64,000 nucleotides of DNA from an uncultured delta proteobacterium (GCA_963747645.1 CAVVFW010000017.1:26702-90701), one strand, 5' to 3'. Counted from the first letter of the stretch, positions 24,479 to 34,907 are shown. The notes: generated by a model not told the origin, from the letters alone. A program made the numbers and translations.

Positions 24479-25474
24479 ATGAAAGTCCTGGTGACGGCAA
24501 GAATGCCCGAAGAGGTTTTATCTCTCATCGGCCGGGATCATCAGGTCGAGAGCTACGATGCGGACCCCCCCATGGACCGGGGGCAGCTGCTGCGGCGTGT
24601 TGCCGGCCAGGAGGGGCTCCTGTGTACGATTACCGACCGGATCGATGCCGAGGTGCTTGACCGCGCCCCGGCTCTCAAAGTGATTGCCAATTACGGAGTC
24701 GGCTTCGAGCATATCGATGTGGCTGAGGCCACCCGGAGAGGCATTCCGGTGACCAACACCCCGGGCGTCCTCACCGAGACGACGGCAGACCTGGCCTTTG
24801 CCTTGATCCTGGCCACCGCTCGCGGGGTCGTGGCCGGCGACCAAAGAGTCCGGGAGGGAAAGTTCAAGTACTGGGCGCCGCTCCTTTTCCTGGGTCAGGA
24901 GGTGAACGGCAAAACCCTGGGGATCATCGGTATGGGGCGGATCGGCAAAGCCGTGGCCAGGCGGGCCGCCGGTTTCGGCATGAAGATCCTCTACCATAGC
25001 CGCAACCCTCTGGCGCCGGTGGAAGCACAAGAACTGGGGGCAGCGTTGCAGCCCCTTGAGACCGTGCTCCGGGAAGCCGATTTCGTGACGCTGCATGTCC
25101 CCCTGACCCCGCATACCCGGCACCTGATCGGCACCCGGGAGTTGGAACTTATGAAAAATTCGGCCTATCTCATCAACACGGCCCGGGGCCCGGTGGTTGA
25201 TGAGGCGGCCCTCGTGGACGCCTTGCGCCAGGGTCAAATCCGCGGCGCCGGCCTGGATGTCTATGAAAGAGAACCGGAACTCTCTCCGGGCCTGGCCGAC
25301 CTCGAGAACGTGGTGCTCCTGCCCCACCTGGGGAGTGCCACCGTTGAAACCCGCACCCGGATGGCCTTGATGGCGGCTGAAAATCTCCTGGCGGGACTCA
25401 GGGGCGATCCTCCCCCCAACTGCCTCAACTGGGCGGAAATCCAGGGGGAAAATAGTGGGTACCCTGCGTCATAG
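24479..25474 (+). CDS. D-isomer-specific 2-hydroxyacid dehydrogenase (glyoxylate/hydroxypyruvate reductase-like)
   Basis: 331 aa, with the NAD fold GIIGMGRIGKAVARRA and catalytic region INTARGPVVDE...LLPHLGSAT. The RBS GGAGGA lies upstream. Confidence 0.85.
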   Translation: MKVLVTARMPEEVLSLIGRDHQVESYDADPPMDRGQLLRRVAGQEGLLCTITDRIDAEVLDRAPALKVIANYGVGFEHIDVAEATRRGIPVTNTPGVLTETTADLAFALILATARGVVAGDQRVREGKFKYWAPLLFLGQEVNGKTLGIIGMGRIGKAVARRAAGFGMKILYHSRNPLAPVEAQELGAALQPLETVLREADFVTLHVPLTPHTRHLIGTRELELMKNSAYLINTARGPVVDEAALVDALRQGQIRGAGLDVYEREPELSPGLADLENVVLLPHLGSATVETRTRMALMAAENLLAGLRGDPPPNCLNWAEIQGENSGYPAS

Positions 25475-25502
25475 CAGGCATTCCTGCCATAAGGGGCGTT
25501 AA

Positions 25503-26291
25503 GTGAACTATTGGATGCGTATATTGACCTGTCTTTTAGCTCTGCTCTGCATCCTCAATGGGCCTGGCGCCGTCTGGGCCCAGGAAGAAGATTACCAGGA
25601 TTTTTGCGAAGAAGTGAAAGACTCGGGGCTCGAAGTGGTTGACGCGGGGGTGGCTTATGGCGTGCCTTTTGTCGAAATCAGGATTCCTCAAGGCTCTTCC
25701 ATCACCGCCATCTGCCGAAGCCTCCCAACCCTCAATCGCGAGTTTACCCGTTGCCGGAGCCGGCTCGCCTTTTTTAACGCCCTGCACCCTTCTTATATCA
25801 AGACCCGGACCGGGGAGCCCAACTCCATCGAAACCGACACCTTGAAAATCCCCTTGGATTTGCGCAAGGTCCCGGAGATTTTCCCCGCCCAAGACGAATC
25901 CCTGCAGAAATATGAAAATTACCTTCTGGTGGATGTTGGCAAAGGCTTCCTGGCGCTCTACACCCGCGGCGATCTGAGGCGGGTTTTTCCGATATCCGCG
26001 GGGACCCCGGGCAACCGGACGCCGCTGTTTGACTTTCAGGTCGAAGGCAAGGATAAGGATCACTGGTCCAGCATTTATGAGTCATGGATGCCGTGGGCTT
26101 TGCACCTCAAAGGAGCGTACTACATCCACGGCGGGGTTCTGCCTGGCAAAGGAGACTCCGCCGGCTGCATCCGTTTGCCCATTGATGCTGCCGAGCAGTT
26201 ATATAAATCGGTGGAAGTGGGCACCCCAGGACGAATTATCGACACCCCCAAGCTCCAACAAAATATCTATCCGGCGCCTTTCTGTCGCTGA
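25503..26291 (+). CDS. L,D-transpeptidase (YkuD domain) with signal peptide
   Basis: 262 aa, with a hydrophobic N-terminus and the YkuD active site HGGVLPGKGDSAGCIRLP. Confidence 0.75.
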   Translation: MNYWMRILTCLLALLCILNGPGAVWAQEEDYQDFCEEVKDSGLEVVDAGVAYGVPFVEIRIPQGSSITAICRSLPTLNREFTRCRSRLAFFNALHPSYIKTRTGEPNSIETDTLKIPLDLRKVPEIFPAQDESLQKYENYLLVDVGKGFLALYTRGDLRRVFPISAGTPGNRTPLFDFQVEGKDKDHWSSIYESWMPWALHLKGAYYIHGGVLPGKGDSAGCIRLPIDAAEQLYKSVEVGTPGRIIDTPKLQQNIYPAPFCR

Positions 26292-26331
26292 GCCTCGGGG
26301 GACCGGAGTGCGCGCTTAAAGGCAGGAAGCC

Positions 26332-27677
26332 ATGGAACCAGGCAACCACGTTATAACGGGGGACCATCGGCCCCTCCTGACGGCAATCTTTGCGGCCGGG
26401 CTCAACGCCGTTGATCCTGAAGCGGCCGTCCGCTCCCAGGTAAGCCGCCAGGGGCATGATCTCACCGTTGCCGGGCGGGCCTACGACCTCAATAATTTCC
26501 GTCGCGTCATCCTCATCGGCGCCGGCAAGGCCGCGGCGCTGATGGCCAGAGCCCTGGAGGAGCTTTTGGAGGACCGGCTCAGCGAGGGCCTGATCCTGGT
26601 AAAGCACGGCTATGCGACTCCCTTAAGAACCACCCGGGTCATTGAGGCCGGTCATCCCATTCCCGATCAATCCGGTCTGGAGGGGACCGCCGAGATTATC
26701 CGCCGCCTGCGGGCCGCCTCGGCGCACGACCTGGTAGTCTGCGTCTTCTCAGGCGGCGCCAGCGCCTTGTTGCCCGCTCCCGTCCCCCCCTTGACCTCTC
26801 CCAGAAACAATTGACCACCCAGCTGCTCCTGGAATGCGGGGCCGAAATCGGCGAGATCAACAGCATCCGCAAGCATCTCTCCCGGAGCAAAGGCGGCGGA
26901 CTGGCCCGGGCGGCTTATCCGGCCACCCTGGTCTCCCTCATCCTCTCGGACGTGGTGGGGGACCGCCTCGACGTCATCGCCTCCGGCCCCACGGTGCCCG
27001 ATGACAGCCGCTTCGCCGATGGCCTCGCCGTGGTGGAACGGTACAGGCTCGCCGCCCGTCTGCCGGGCCCGGTGTGGCAGTACCTCAAGGACGGCGCCGC
27101 CGGCCTCCACCCGGAAACCCCCAAGCCCGGCGACCCCATCTTCGCCCGGGTCCAAAATGTCGTGGTGGGCAATAACCGGATGGCGCTCCTGGCGGCCCGG
27201 GACCAGGCGGAGGCCCTGGGCTGTCGCGCCCTGGTGCTGACCTCCGCTCTCCAGGGCGAGGCCCGGGAGGTGGGGCGGATGCTGGCCGCCCTGGGAAAAG
27301 CCGTCAGTTTTTCCGGTCACCCGGCGGCTCCGCCGGTCTGTCTCCTCGCCGGGGGGGAGACTACCGTCACCCTGGCAGGCCAGGGGCAAGGCGGCCGCAA
27401 CCAGGAACTGGCCCTGGCCGCGGCCCTGGCCCTGGAGGGATCTGACCGGATCAGCCTCCTCAGTGCCGGCACCGACGGCACCGACGGCCCCACCGACGCG
27501 GCCGGGGCCTTCGCCGATGGCGCCACCTGCCAGAGGGCCCGGGCCCGGGGCCTTGACCCCGGCGACTTTCTCTCCCGCCACGATTCGTATCATTTCTTCG
27601 CCCCCCTGGGCGATTTGCTGATCACGGGCCCCACCCGCACCAACGTCATGGACATCATCTGCCTGCTCATCGAATGA
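26332..27677 (+). pseudogene. glycerate 2-kinase / hydroxypyruvate reductase family (DUF4147 + MOFRL); one frameshift as sequenced
   Basis: ORFs 26332..26814 and 26811..27677 join across a C7 run at 26784-26790. Downstream, the frame reads ...LDLSQKQLTTQLLLECGAEIGEINSIRKHLSRSKGG. Confidence 0.8.
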
Positions 27678-27691
27678 ACCCTTGTCTAAAG

Positions 27692-28009
27692 TTATTTTTC
27701 CTTCAATTCGACAATTATTACATCAGTATTCGTATCCCCGATGTTTTCACCGATGTGTATATGCCCTTTCATCCAAAAAACACTCCCCGCCATGACGTCA
27801 ATCTCCCGCTCCTGACCATCCGGAAATGTCAAGCGCCGCTTGAATGAAGACTCCGCGTACAATAGGTAGTCATGATGAGCGTGCTGTGAAGTTCGGTCGC
27901 CAGGCTTATCATGGTACTTGAGCACCCTGACTCGGTCGTTTTCCAGAACCACGGAATACTTGTCCCCGTCTGTTTCAACCGCGTCCGGCATAATAGCCTT
28001 AGATATCAT
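27692..28009 (-). CDS. small cupin-like protein
   Basis: 105 aa ORF in a visibly AT-richer stretch, with His-rich beta-barrel-like motifs (SQHAHHDY, WMKGHIHIGEN). Confidence 0.5.
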   Translation of the reverse strand: MISKAIMPDAVETDGDKYSVVLENDRVRVLKYHDKPGDRTSQHAHHDYLLYAESSFKRRLTFPDGQEREIDVMAGSVFWMKGHIHIGENIGDTNTDVIIVELKEK

Positions 28010-28272
28010 TTGCCTTCTCCTGACCTGTCATTCTTCGGCGTTAGTAATTTTCGCCGGCACTATGCGCCTAAATAGCCAACGGGTGGATCCTCACTTTCAG
28101 GAAGTGACTTGCTTTCATCGTGTCCGGTAGGGCACGCTGCCGAGCCCTCTTTGGTTGACTGGACAATTTTAAGTATTATCTTCTCAGAAAAATCTTCCTG
28201 GAATTAGCCTCACACTGGTGTCAACCATGCATGCTGATTCCCTGCCCGGTAAGCTCATAGAGGTTAACGTTC

Positions 28273-29082
28273 ATGGATAAACCGACAATTTTCGAGCCCC
28301 ATCATGTGGGGCCGGATATAGCCGTCATTCCCGGCTATTTCCCGATTCCCACCATGGGAGTCCTTGCGGTCAATGCCTTTGTTATCAAGGCTAAAGAGCC
28401 AGTCCTCGTTGACACGGGAATGGGAATTGAGAGTGAGGAATTCATGAAGGCTCTGGAGTCAATCATTGATCCTCAGGACTTGAGGTGGGTGTGGCTCACC
28501 CACGATGATGCTGATCATACCGGCAATATTCAGAAGGTGCTTGAAGCCGCGCCCAAGGCGCGACTGGCGGCGAACTCCCTGGCAGCGCTGAGGATGAGCA
28601 TGACCTGGCCGGTACCCATGCATCGGGTTTACTGGCTCAATTCGGGGGACAGTATTACGGTGGGTGACCGTAAGCTGACCGCCGTGAGACCGCCTCTGTT
28701 CGATAACCCGACTACTATCGGTCTCTACGATGACAAATCAGCAGCCTTTTTCTCTGCCGATTTCTTTGGGGCCATCATCCCGGCGCCGGCGCAGAATGCC
28801 GATGACGTTACCGAGAGGGACCTGGCCCAAGGCATGATCAGCTGGGCCAGCGCTGATAGCCCTTGGATACATAAGATGGAGCCGGGTGAATTCAGCCAAG
28901 CGCTGGATAGAATTCGTCAATTTGCCCCGAAAATGATCTTCTCGGCACACTTGCCGCCGGCGCGAGGCAAGACCGGACAGTTTCTGGAGTTGCTTACGAC
29001 GGTCCCGGCTTCGACCCCTTTTGTGGCTCCCAACCAGACGGCACTGGAGCAGATACTGGCGCCGATGGGAGGCGGGAGGTAA
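28273..29082 (+). CDS. MBL-fold metallo-hydrolase-like protein with a variant metal motif
   Basis: 269 aa. The motif THDDADHTGN occupies the place of the canonical HxHxDH. Confidence 0.7.
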   Translation: MDKPTIFEPHHVGPDIAVIPGYFPIPTMGVLAVNAFVIKAKEPVLVDTGMGIESEEFMKALESIIDPQDLRWVWLTHDDADHTGNIQKVLEAAPKARLAANSLAALRMSMTWPVPMHRVYWLNSGDSITVGDRKLTAVRPPLFDNPTTIGLYDDKSAAFFSADFFGAIIPAPAQNADDVTERDLAQGMISWASADSPWIHKMEPGEFSQALDRIRQFAPKMIFSAHLPPARGKTGQFLELLTTVPASTPFVAPNQTALEQILAPMGGGR

Positions 29083-29177
29083 CCACGAGAGAACCTATCG
29101 GAAACAGGTATATGGCCTGAGCCGATGAACGAACCTTACGCCTCACAGCCGCGCCCCCTTAACCACTGCATCCATTC

Positions 29178-30302
29178 TCATAACTTGGCCCCGATCTCCT
29201 CGGTGTACCTGGGAAAGTCAGTGTAGCCCACCTTATCAAATGAGTACCAGACCTTCTCGTCTGCCAGGGGATTCAAGGGCCAACCGTGTGCGAAACGCTC
29301 CACCAGGTCCGGATTGCTGATGAACGGCCGGCCAAATGAGATCAAGTCGGCGTGGCCGCGCTGAATTGCAGCTTCTGCCGTTTCCTGGGAGTAGCCGCAA
29401 TTCGCCATCAGCGGGCCTGCAAAGACCTGGCGGAATTCTTCTGAGGCCATGGGAGGCCCGAGTCCATGAAAGCCAAACGCCAAACCATCAACAATGTGGA
29501 GGTAAGCAAGTCCGAATTGGTTCAGGCATTTGGCCACATAAAGAAAAGTCTCGCGAAAATCGGGCGACCCCATAGCATTGAAACTGCCGTTGGGCGCTAT
29601 ATGCACCCCGACCCGGCCAGGCGGCAAGACAGTGAGGACCGCCCTGACGATCTCATCCAGGAACCGGAAACGGTTCTCTAAAGTTCCCCCATAATGGTCG
29701 GTCCGGTGATTGGTTTTGGATTGTAAAAACTGGTCGATAAGATAGCCATTGGCTGCATGTATCTCCACCCCGTCGAACCCCGCTGCCTGGGCCCGCGCCG
29801 CGGCGCGCCGATAATCCTCAACAATTGCCGGGATTTCGTCAGTTTCCAGGGCCCGCGGCGTCTCATATGGTTCATTACCCAGGGGTGTATGAATATATTC
29901 CCCCTCAATTTTTATGGCCGATGGGGCCACCGGCAGCTCCCGTTGATCGTGAAAGCTGCTATGGGAGGCTCGTCCACAATGCCATAGCTGGAGATACATC
30001 GGCGTCCCTCCGGCATGAACCGTATCCACCACCTTTTTCCAGGCTTCGGTCTGTTCATCGTTATAGATCCCCGGGCTATTGAGCCAACCGATCCCCTGTT
30101 TTGAAACCACCGTGGCTTCCGTAATAATCAGTCCCGCGGCTCCTCGTTGACCATAATACTCGGCCATCAATGGGTTGGGTAAGCGCATCTCGCCGGCCCG
30201 TGACCGGGTCAACGGAGCCATAACGACTCGATTCTTCAGCCTTAGCCCAGGCAAGTTAAACGGACTCAATAAGAGGCTGGTTTTGGTCCCGGAGGTCGAC
30301 AT
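29178..30302 (-). CDS. NADH:flavin oxidoreductase, Old Yellow Enzyme family
   Basis: 374 aa, with NRVVMAPLTRSRA, LWHCGRASH, GFDGVEIHAANGYLIDQFL and FGRPFISNPDL. Confidence 0.9.
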   Translation of the reverse strand: MSTSGTKTSLLLSPFNLPGLRLKNRVVMAPLTRSRAGEMRLPNPLMAEYYGQRGAAGLIITEATVVSKQGIGWLNSPGIYNDEQTEAWKKVVDTVHAGGTPMYLQLWHCGRASHSSFHDQRELPVAPSAIKIEGEYIHTPLGNEPYETPRALETDEIPAIVEDYRRAAARAQAAGFDGVEIHAANGYLIDQFLQSKTNHRTDHYGGTLENRFRFLDEIVRAVLTVLPPGRVGVHIAPNGSFNAMGSPDFRETFLYVAKCLNQFGLAYLHIVDGLAFGFHGLGPPMASEEFRQVFAGPLMANCGYSQETAEAAIQRGHADLISFGRPFISNPDLVERFAHGWPLNPLADEKVWYSFDKVGYTDFPRYTEEIGAKL

Positions 30303-30792
30303 GATTGCTCCCTTCCCTTATACTGATGTGCTCTTAAAATTAAGTTTAAACTCGAGCATGTCAACCCGGTCCGGATTCCTCTAAACTTAGTGTCCTGGAG
30401 GTAAGGGTGCCAAATAGCCTCGCCCTGAAAACCTAAGCTCCTCGCAGGTCCCGCAGAGTCTGGAAGAGAAAAAGAGATGTCTCCCCTAATACCCGGCAAT
30501 TAGCGTGTGGATATAGTTATCATCGCCGCAACGCCGACCCTGCCGGCATGATCAATTCTGGCCCTTGATATCAGATTTAGCTTGATCTCGATTCGATGCC
30601 GGTCGACTCCGGTCGTGGTCGTTTCGCCTTTTTCCCTTTCCCCCCAAACCTTCTCCTCCGTTTTCCCGGTTATTTTTTCTCCGGGTGCGGGCCTCCCCCT
30701 CCCCTCCCCTGTCACCCTTTGGGGCGCGCCGGCGTTCTTTCATTTGACAGACCCTCTCCCCGGTGGCATATTTCTTGGCAAAGGAGCCGATT

Positions 30793-32220
30793 ATGGACCC
30801 CAAATGCGCCGCCCTGCTGCGCCAATTGCCCCAGGTGGACGATCTGCTGCGCCACCCTGAACTGGCCCCGGCCGTGGATCCCCTGCCCCGGTTGCTGGCG
30901 GCGGCGGTAGTGCGGCGGGTCCTGGCCGCAGCGCGCCAGACCATCACCTCCGGGCCCCCGGAGGCGCTGCCCCTGGAATTGGATGAAGCCGCCCTGCTCC
31001 ACAACCTCCGGGAGGCCCTCCTGGCCGCGGCCAAACCGATGCTCCGCCGGGTGGTCAACTTAACCGGGGTGGTCATTCACACCAACCTGGGGCGCTCGCC
31101 CCTGGGAGAGGCCTGCCTGGCGTCGTTGCTGGAGGTGGCCAGCCGCTACAACACCCTGGAGTACGACCTGGCCCAAGGGGCCCGGGGCTCCCGCCAGGAT
31201 CACCTGGAGGGGGTGCTGAAGGAGTTGACCGGGGCCGACGGGGTCCTGGTGGTCAACAACTGCGCCGCCGCCGTCTTCCTGGCCCTCAACACCCTGGCCT
31301 CGGGCCGGGAAGTGGTCATTTCCCGGGGCCAACTGGTGGAGATCGGCGGCTCCTTCCGCATGCCCGAGATCATGGCGGCCAGCGGCGCCATCCTCCGGGA
31401 AGTGGGCACCACCAACAAGACCTACCTCAAGGACTTTGAGCAGGCCATCACCTCCGAGACCGCCGTCCTCCTCAAGGTCCATCCCAGCAACTACCGCATC
31501 ATGGGCTTCACCCACGAAGTGACCCTGGGGGAGATGGTGGACCTGGGGCGGCGTTACGGCCTGAAAGTCGTGGAAGACCTGGGCAGCGGCTGCCTGGTGG
31601 ACTTGAGCCGGTACGGCCTGGAAAAGGAGCCCACGGTCCAGGAGACCCTCAAGGCCGGGGCTGACCTGGTGCTGTTTTCCGGCGACAAGCTCCTGGGCGG
31701 GCCCCAGGCCGGCATTATCCTGGGGAACCGGGAGGTGGTGGGGGACTTGCGGAAAAACCCGTTGACCCGGGCCCTGCGCCCCGACAAGATGACCCTGACG
31801 GCCCTGGAGGCCACCCTGCGCCTCTACCTGGACGAGCCCCGGGCCCTGATGGAGATCCCCACCCTCAGGATGCTGACCCGGCCGGTCGCCGAACTGGACC
31901 GACAGGCCCGGGCCCTGGCCCGGAGGCTGCGGCGCCGCTTCGGGGCCCGCCTCCAGGTGGAAGTGGTGGAGAGCGAAGGCCGGGCCGGCGGCGGGGCTTT
32001 ACCCCAGGCCCCTCTGCCCAGCCGGGCCCTGGCCATCACCATCCCCCCCCTGGCCCCCCAGGAACTCGAAGTGCGGCTCCACCAGACCGCTACCCCGGTC
32101 ATCGGCCGGGTGGAACACGGGGTGGTGCTGCTGGACCTGCGCACCCTGCTGCCGGGGGACCAGGAGGCCCTCATGGCCGCCCTGGCGGAGGTGCTGGCGG
32201 ATGGAGAACCTGTGACGTAA
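30793..32220 (+). CDS. selA: L-seryl-tRNA(Sec) selenium transferase
   Basis: The ATG at 30793 is preceded by AAGGAG (30781-30786). The N-terminus LLRQLPQVDDLL and the PLP-lysine context FSGDKLLGGPQAG are present. Confidence 0.9.
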   Translation: MDPKCAALLRQLPQVDDLLRHPELAPAVDPLPRLLAAAVVRRVLAAARQTITSGPPEALPLELDEAALLHNLREALLAAAKPMLRRVVNLTGVVIHTNLGRSPLGEACLASLLEVASRYNTLEYDLAQGARGSRQDHLEGVLKELTGADGVLVVNNCAAAVFLALNTLASGREVVISRGQLVEIGGSFRMPEIMAASGAILREVGTTNKTYLKDFEQAITSETAVLLKVHPSNYRIMGFTHEVTLGEMVDLGRRYGLKVVEDLGSGCLVDLSRYGLEKEPTVQETLKAGADLVLFSGDKLLGGPQAGIILGNREVVGDLRKNPLTRALRPDKMTLTALEATLRLYLDEPRALMEIPTLRMLTRPVAELDRQARALARRLRRRFGARLQVEVVESEGRAGGGALPQAPLPSRALAITIPPLAPQELEVRLHQTATPVIGRVEHGVVLLDLRTLLPGDQEALMAALAEVLADGEPVT

Positions 32221-32242
32221 ATTATTGCCGTTGGCCGGTTCT

Positions 32243-32335
32243 GAACTCCCCCTGAATCCCCTGTGGCAAAGGGGGACTAAAGGAAATCCGCTCAGCTGTC
32301 TATTTTAGAAGCGGGCACGGCAGGGGGAATTTAGG
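32243..32335. repeat. MITE-like repeat, family 1, copy B
   Basis: gaactccccctgaatcccc...aaagggggactaaaggaaatccgct...cagggggaatttagg. The inverted ends and inner motif match copies A and C. Confidence 0.55.
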
Positions 32336-32392
32336 TGGTTGCGGCAGGCGCCATAAGGGAAAGAACTTTTGGCCGACGCACTAAAATAACGT

Positions 32393-32432
32393 GAGGGCGG
32401 GAACCGGTGCATTCCCGCCCTCATATCATTTT
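32393..32432. terminator. bidirectional intrinsic-terminator-like hairpin
   Basis: An 11-bp stem GAGGGCGGGAA / TTCCCGCCCTC with an 8-nt loop. T-rich tracts follow on both strands (atatcatttt on plus, acgttatttt on minus). Confidence 0.6.
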
Positions 32433-32832
32433 CTAAAACCGTACCAATCAGTGATGGGGTTTTGGGGTTATGGTCGGGTCAAGGGCACCCCAGGCCGGTC
32501 AGCGGTTCAGCACTGACCGATACCCTGTCGAATAATAACCAGTTCTCACCGAACTAACCGAGGCCCACGCCAACCAGTGAGGGCCCCCTCCTGTCCGTTA
32601 ACTCTTGAATCTCCCGGGAAACTTAAAAGAGCAGGCGCGACCCTAACCCGCCGAGTGGCAACTCTTTACGTAACTGCCGCAACTGCCTTGCACCACGATG
32701 GAGATTTTACCAGGATGCCGTTCCCACGGTCCGGGCCCTGCCGGGGGGAGCCGGTCTAGGTCCCAGCCTGCCTCCGCCTGCCCCGGAGCTTACTCCCGGG
32801 GGTGCAGTCGGGGCGGCCCTGGTCCTGGCTCT

Positions 32833-33105
32833 TTACTTCACGGAATCTTTCAGTTGTTTTCCAGGTTTAAATTTAACCACCTTGGTGGCGGGAATCTTGA
32901 TGGGGGCGCCGGTCTGAGGATTCCGACCCTCCCGGGCCTTGCGCTCCGTCACCATGAAGGTGCCAAAGCCCGCCAACGCCAGCCGGCCCTGAGACTTGAG
33001 CGCCGACGAGACAATCTTGATCAAGCTGTTAATGGCCTTTTCCGCGTCCACCTTCCTTACCTGCGCCTCTCCCGCCACTTGTGCAATCAATTCTGCTTTG
33101 GTCAT
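32833..33105 (-). CDS. hup: DNA-binding protein HU
   Basis: 90 aa, MTKAELIAQVA...GFGTFMVTERKAREGRNPQTGAPIKIPATKVVKFKPGKQLK. Confidence 0.95.
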   Translation of the reverse strand: MTKAELIAQVAGEAQVRKVDAEKAINSLIKIVSSALKSQGRLALAGFGTFMVTERKAREGRNPQTGAPIKIPATKVVKFKPGKQLKDSVK

Positions 33106-33586
33106 AATCCTCTCTCCCTTCCTCCTGGTTAGCGGTTGACTACATAACCATTGAACCTAACGCGTGAAAGTCGGAAAATGGGCACCCCGACGCCCATCCC
33201 CCCTTTAAGTTGTTTTTTCCCCCCGGGTGCCGGGTCGAGATTTATTCTTAAAGCCCGAGTCCACCTGAGGTTGCAGATTCCCTTTGATAGCACAAAATCC
33301 CGGAGGTTGACAATAAAAATGTTAAAAAATACTGAGCTTATCGCCACATTTTTCTAAACTATTCCGGGGCGGCCCGGGAAGCAACCCCGCAACCAGACCT
33401 CGACTCAACCTCGCAAATGTTTAACTATCTTAATTAACAGCACTTTTTTTCACGCCGGTTGACGTTGAAGGCATCTCAGCTTTATTTTCTCCTTTAGTCG
33501 GGCCTGCGCCGAATAATCAATCCGTTATTTGAGAAAAAAAGCTGGGAAGTAAAAAGGAGGGGGAGGATCCGCCGGGACAGGCAGGG

Positions 33587-34690
33587 TCACCGCGTCACCT
33601 GGCGCAGCAGCCCGACAGCCGCCAGGCCGAAGGCCAGATGGGGAAAAATGACGGCCACCAGCACCGGAATGCTGCCGGCCTGGCCGAAAGAGGCGCAAAA
33701 TCCAAAGAACAGCCAGTACACGAACATGAGCCCCAGGCCCACCGCCACCATGGAGGTGAGGTAAATCTGTTCATGGCGCAAGGCCAATCCCAGCCCCAGC
33801 ATTGCCAGGACCAGGGGCGTCAGCGCCAGGGAAAACCGGCTGTAAAGGTCCACCCGGTAGGGGGTGGACTTGTAGCCGTCCCGCTCCAGGCGGGCCGTAT
33901 AGGCATAGAGTTCGTTTACATCCATTTCCGTGACTTTCTTTTCCAGGTCGGCGAAGTCCTTGGGGTGTTCGGTGAGCACCAGGTCCCGTTGCTCGAACTT
34001 TTCCCCGGTAACCGCCCCGGTGCCGGGGGCAAAGAACTGGACATAGCCCTCAAAGAACCGCCAGTGGTCCTTCTGCCATTGGGCCCGGGCCGCCGCGATG
34101 ATCTGCACCAGGTGAAACTGGCGGTCGAAGAGGTAAATTTTTACTCCCTCCAGGGTCTGGATATCCCTTCGGAACATGACAATATTATAGATAGCTTGGT
34201 CGCCCTTGTACCAGAAGTGTTCCAGGTTGTGCAGGTTGTGGGGCGGCTTCTTATCCACCTGGGTCTGCCAAAAAACGTCGAGCCGGCCCTGGCTCCAGGG
34301 TATCAGGTAGAGATTCAGGGCCAGGAGGAGGAGGGCTACCACCCCGGCATAGATGATGGTCGGCCGGATCAGGGACAGGATGTTCAGGCCCGAGGTTCTG
34401 ATGGCCATGGTTTCATGGGATCGGGACATGAGCCCGAAAGTCAGCATGACCCCCAGCAACACCGCCGCGGGGAGCACCTGGCCGATGGCGAAGGGGAGCT
34501 TGAGGATGAGGTATTCCAACAAGGCGCCCGGTCCCAACTGGGCCCGGACCAGGCGGTCGATCTTTTCGAAGAAATCCACAATGATAAACAGGGAAACGAA
34601 GGTCACCAGGCTCAAGCCCATGAGCTTGAGGAACTCCCGGGCCACATAGTTTTCCAGGATATGCGAACGTAACACTACCGGGAAGGTCAT
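33587..34690 (-). CDS. LPS export ABC transporter permease, LptF/LptG (YjgP/YjgQ) family
   Basis: 367 aa, with a multi-TM N-terminus, a periplasmic beta-jellyroll-like middle region and three C-terminal TM helices, the typical LptF/G architecture. Confidence 0.75.
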   Translation of the reverse strand: MTFPVVLRSHILENYVAREFLKLMGLSLVTFVSLFIIVDFFEKIDRLVRAQLGPGALLEYLILKLPFAIGQVLPAAVLLGVMLTFGLMSRSHETMAIRTSGLNILSLIRPTIIYAGVVALLLLALNLYLIPWSQGRLDVFWQTQVDKKPPHNLHNLEHFWYKGDQAIYNIVMFRRDIQTLEGVKIYLFDRQFHLVQIIAAARAQWQKDHWRFFEGYVQFFAPGTGAVTGEKFEQRDLVLTEHPKDFADLEKKVTEMDVNELYAYTARLERDGYKSTPYRVDLYSRFSLALTPLVLAMLGLGLALRHEQIYLTSMVAVGLGLMFVYWLFFGFCASFGQAGSIPVLVAVIFPHLAFGLAAVGLLRQVTR

Positions 34691-34907
34691 GCTTTTTATA
34701 TATCAGAAATTCCGGGAGGTTTCATTCACTTCTGCCGTCCTCAAGGCCGGGGAAAAAGGGGCGGAAACCCGGCGGATTCATGACTGGAAATTGAGCCTGG
34801 ATGCATCGTGCCCGTCGTGACCATGGATCGGCCTTGATAAAAGCGAAATCTCCAGAACTTTCTTTATTGTGGTTTCATGACCTTTCCCCTTGTCCCCCGA
34901 GGCTTTT

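Noticed and set aside
30552-31076. 174-aa minus-strand ORF overlapping the selA start
   Set aside because: It is an Arg/Ala/Ser-rich antisense translation of selA and the pyrimidine-rich spacer, and the selA frame is strongly supported.
33307-33340. Plus-strand TTGACA-17-TACTGA promoter-like element between hup and the LptF/G gene
   Set aside because: No plus-strand gene or obvious RNA follows it, because the next 250 nt run into the 3-prime end of a minus-strand gene. In an AT-rich spacer such hexamer pairs arise by chance. It is only worth revisiting if RNA-seq shows an antisense transcript.
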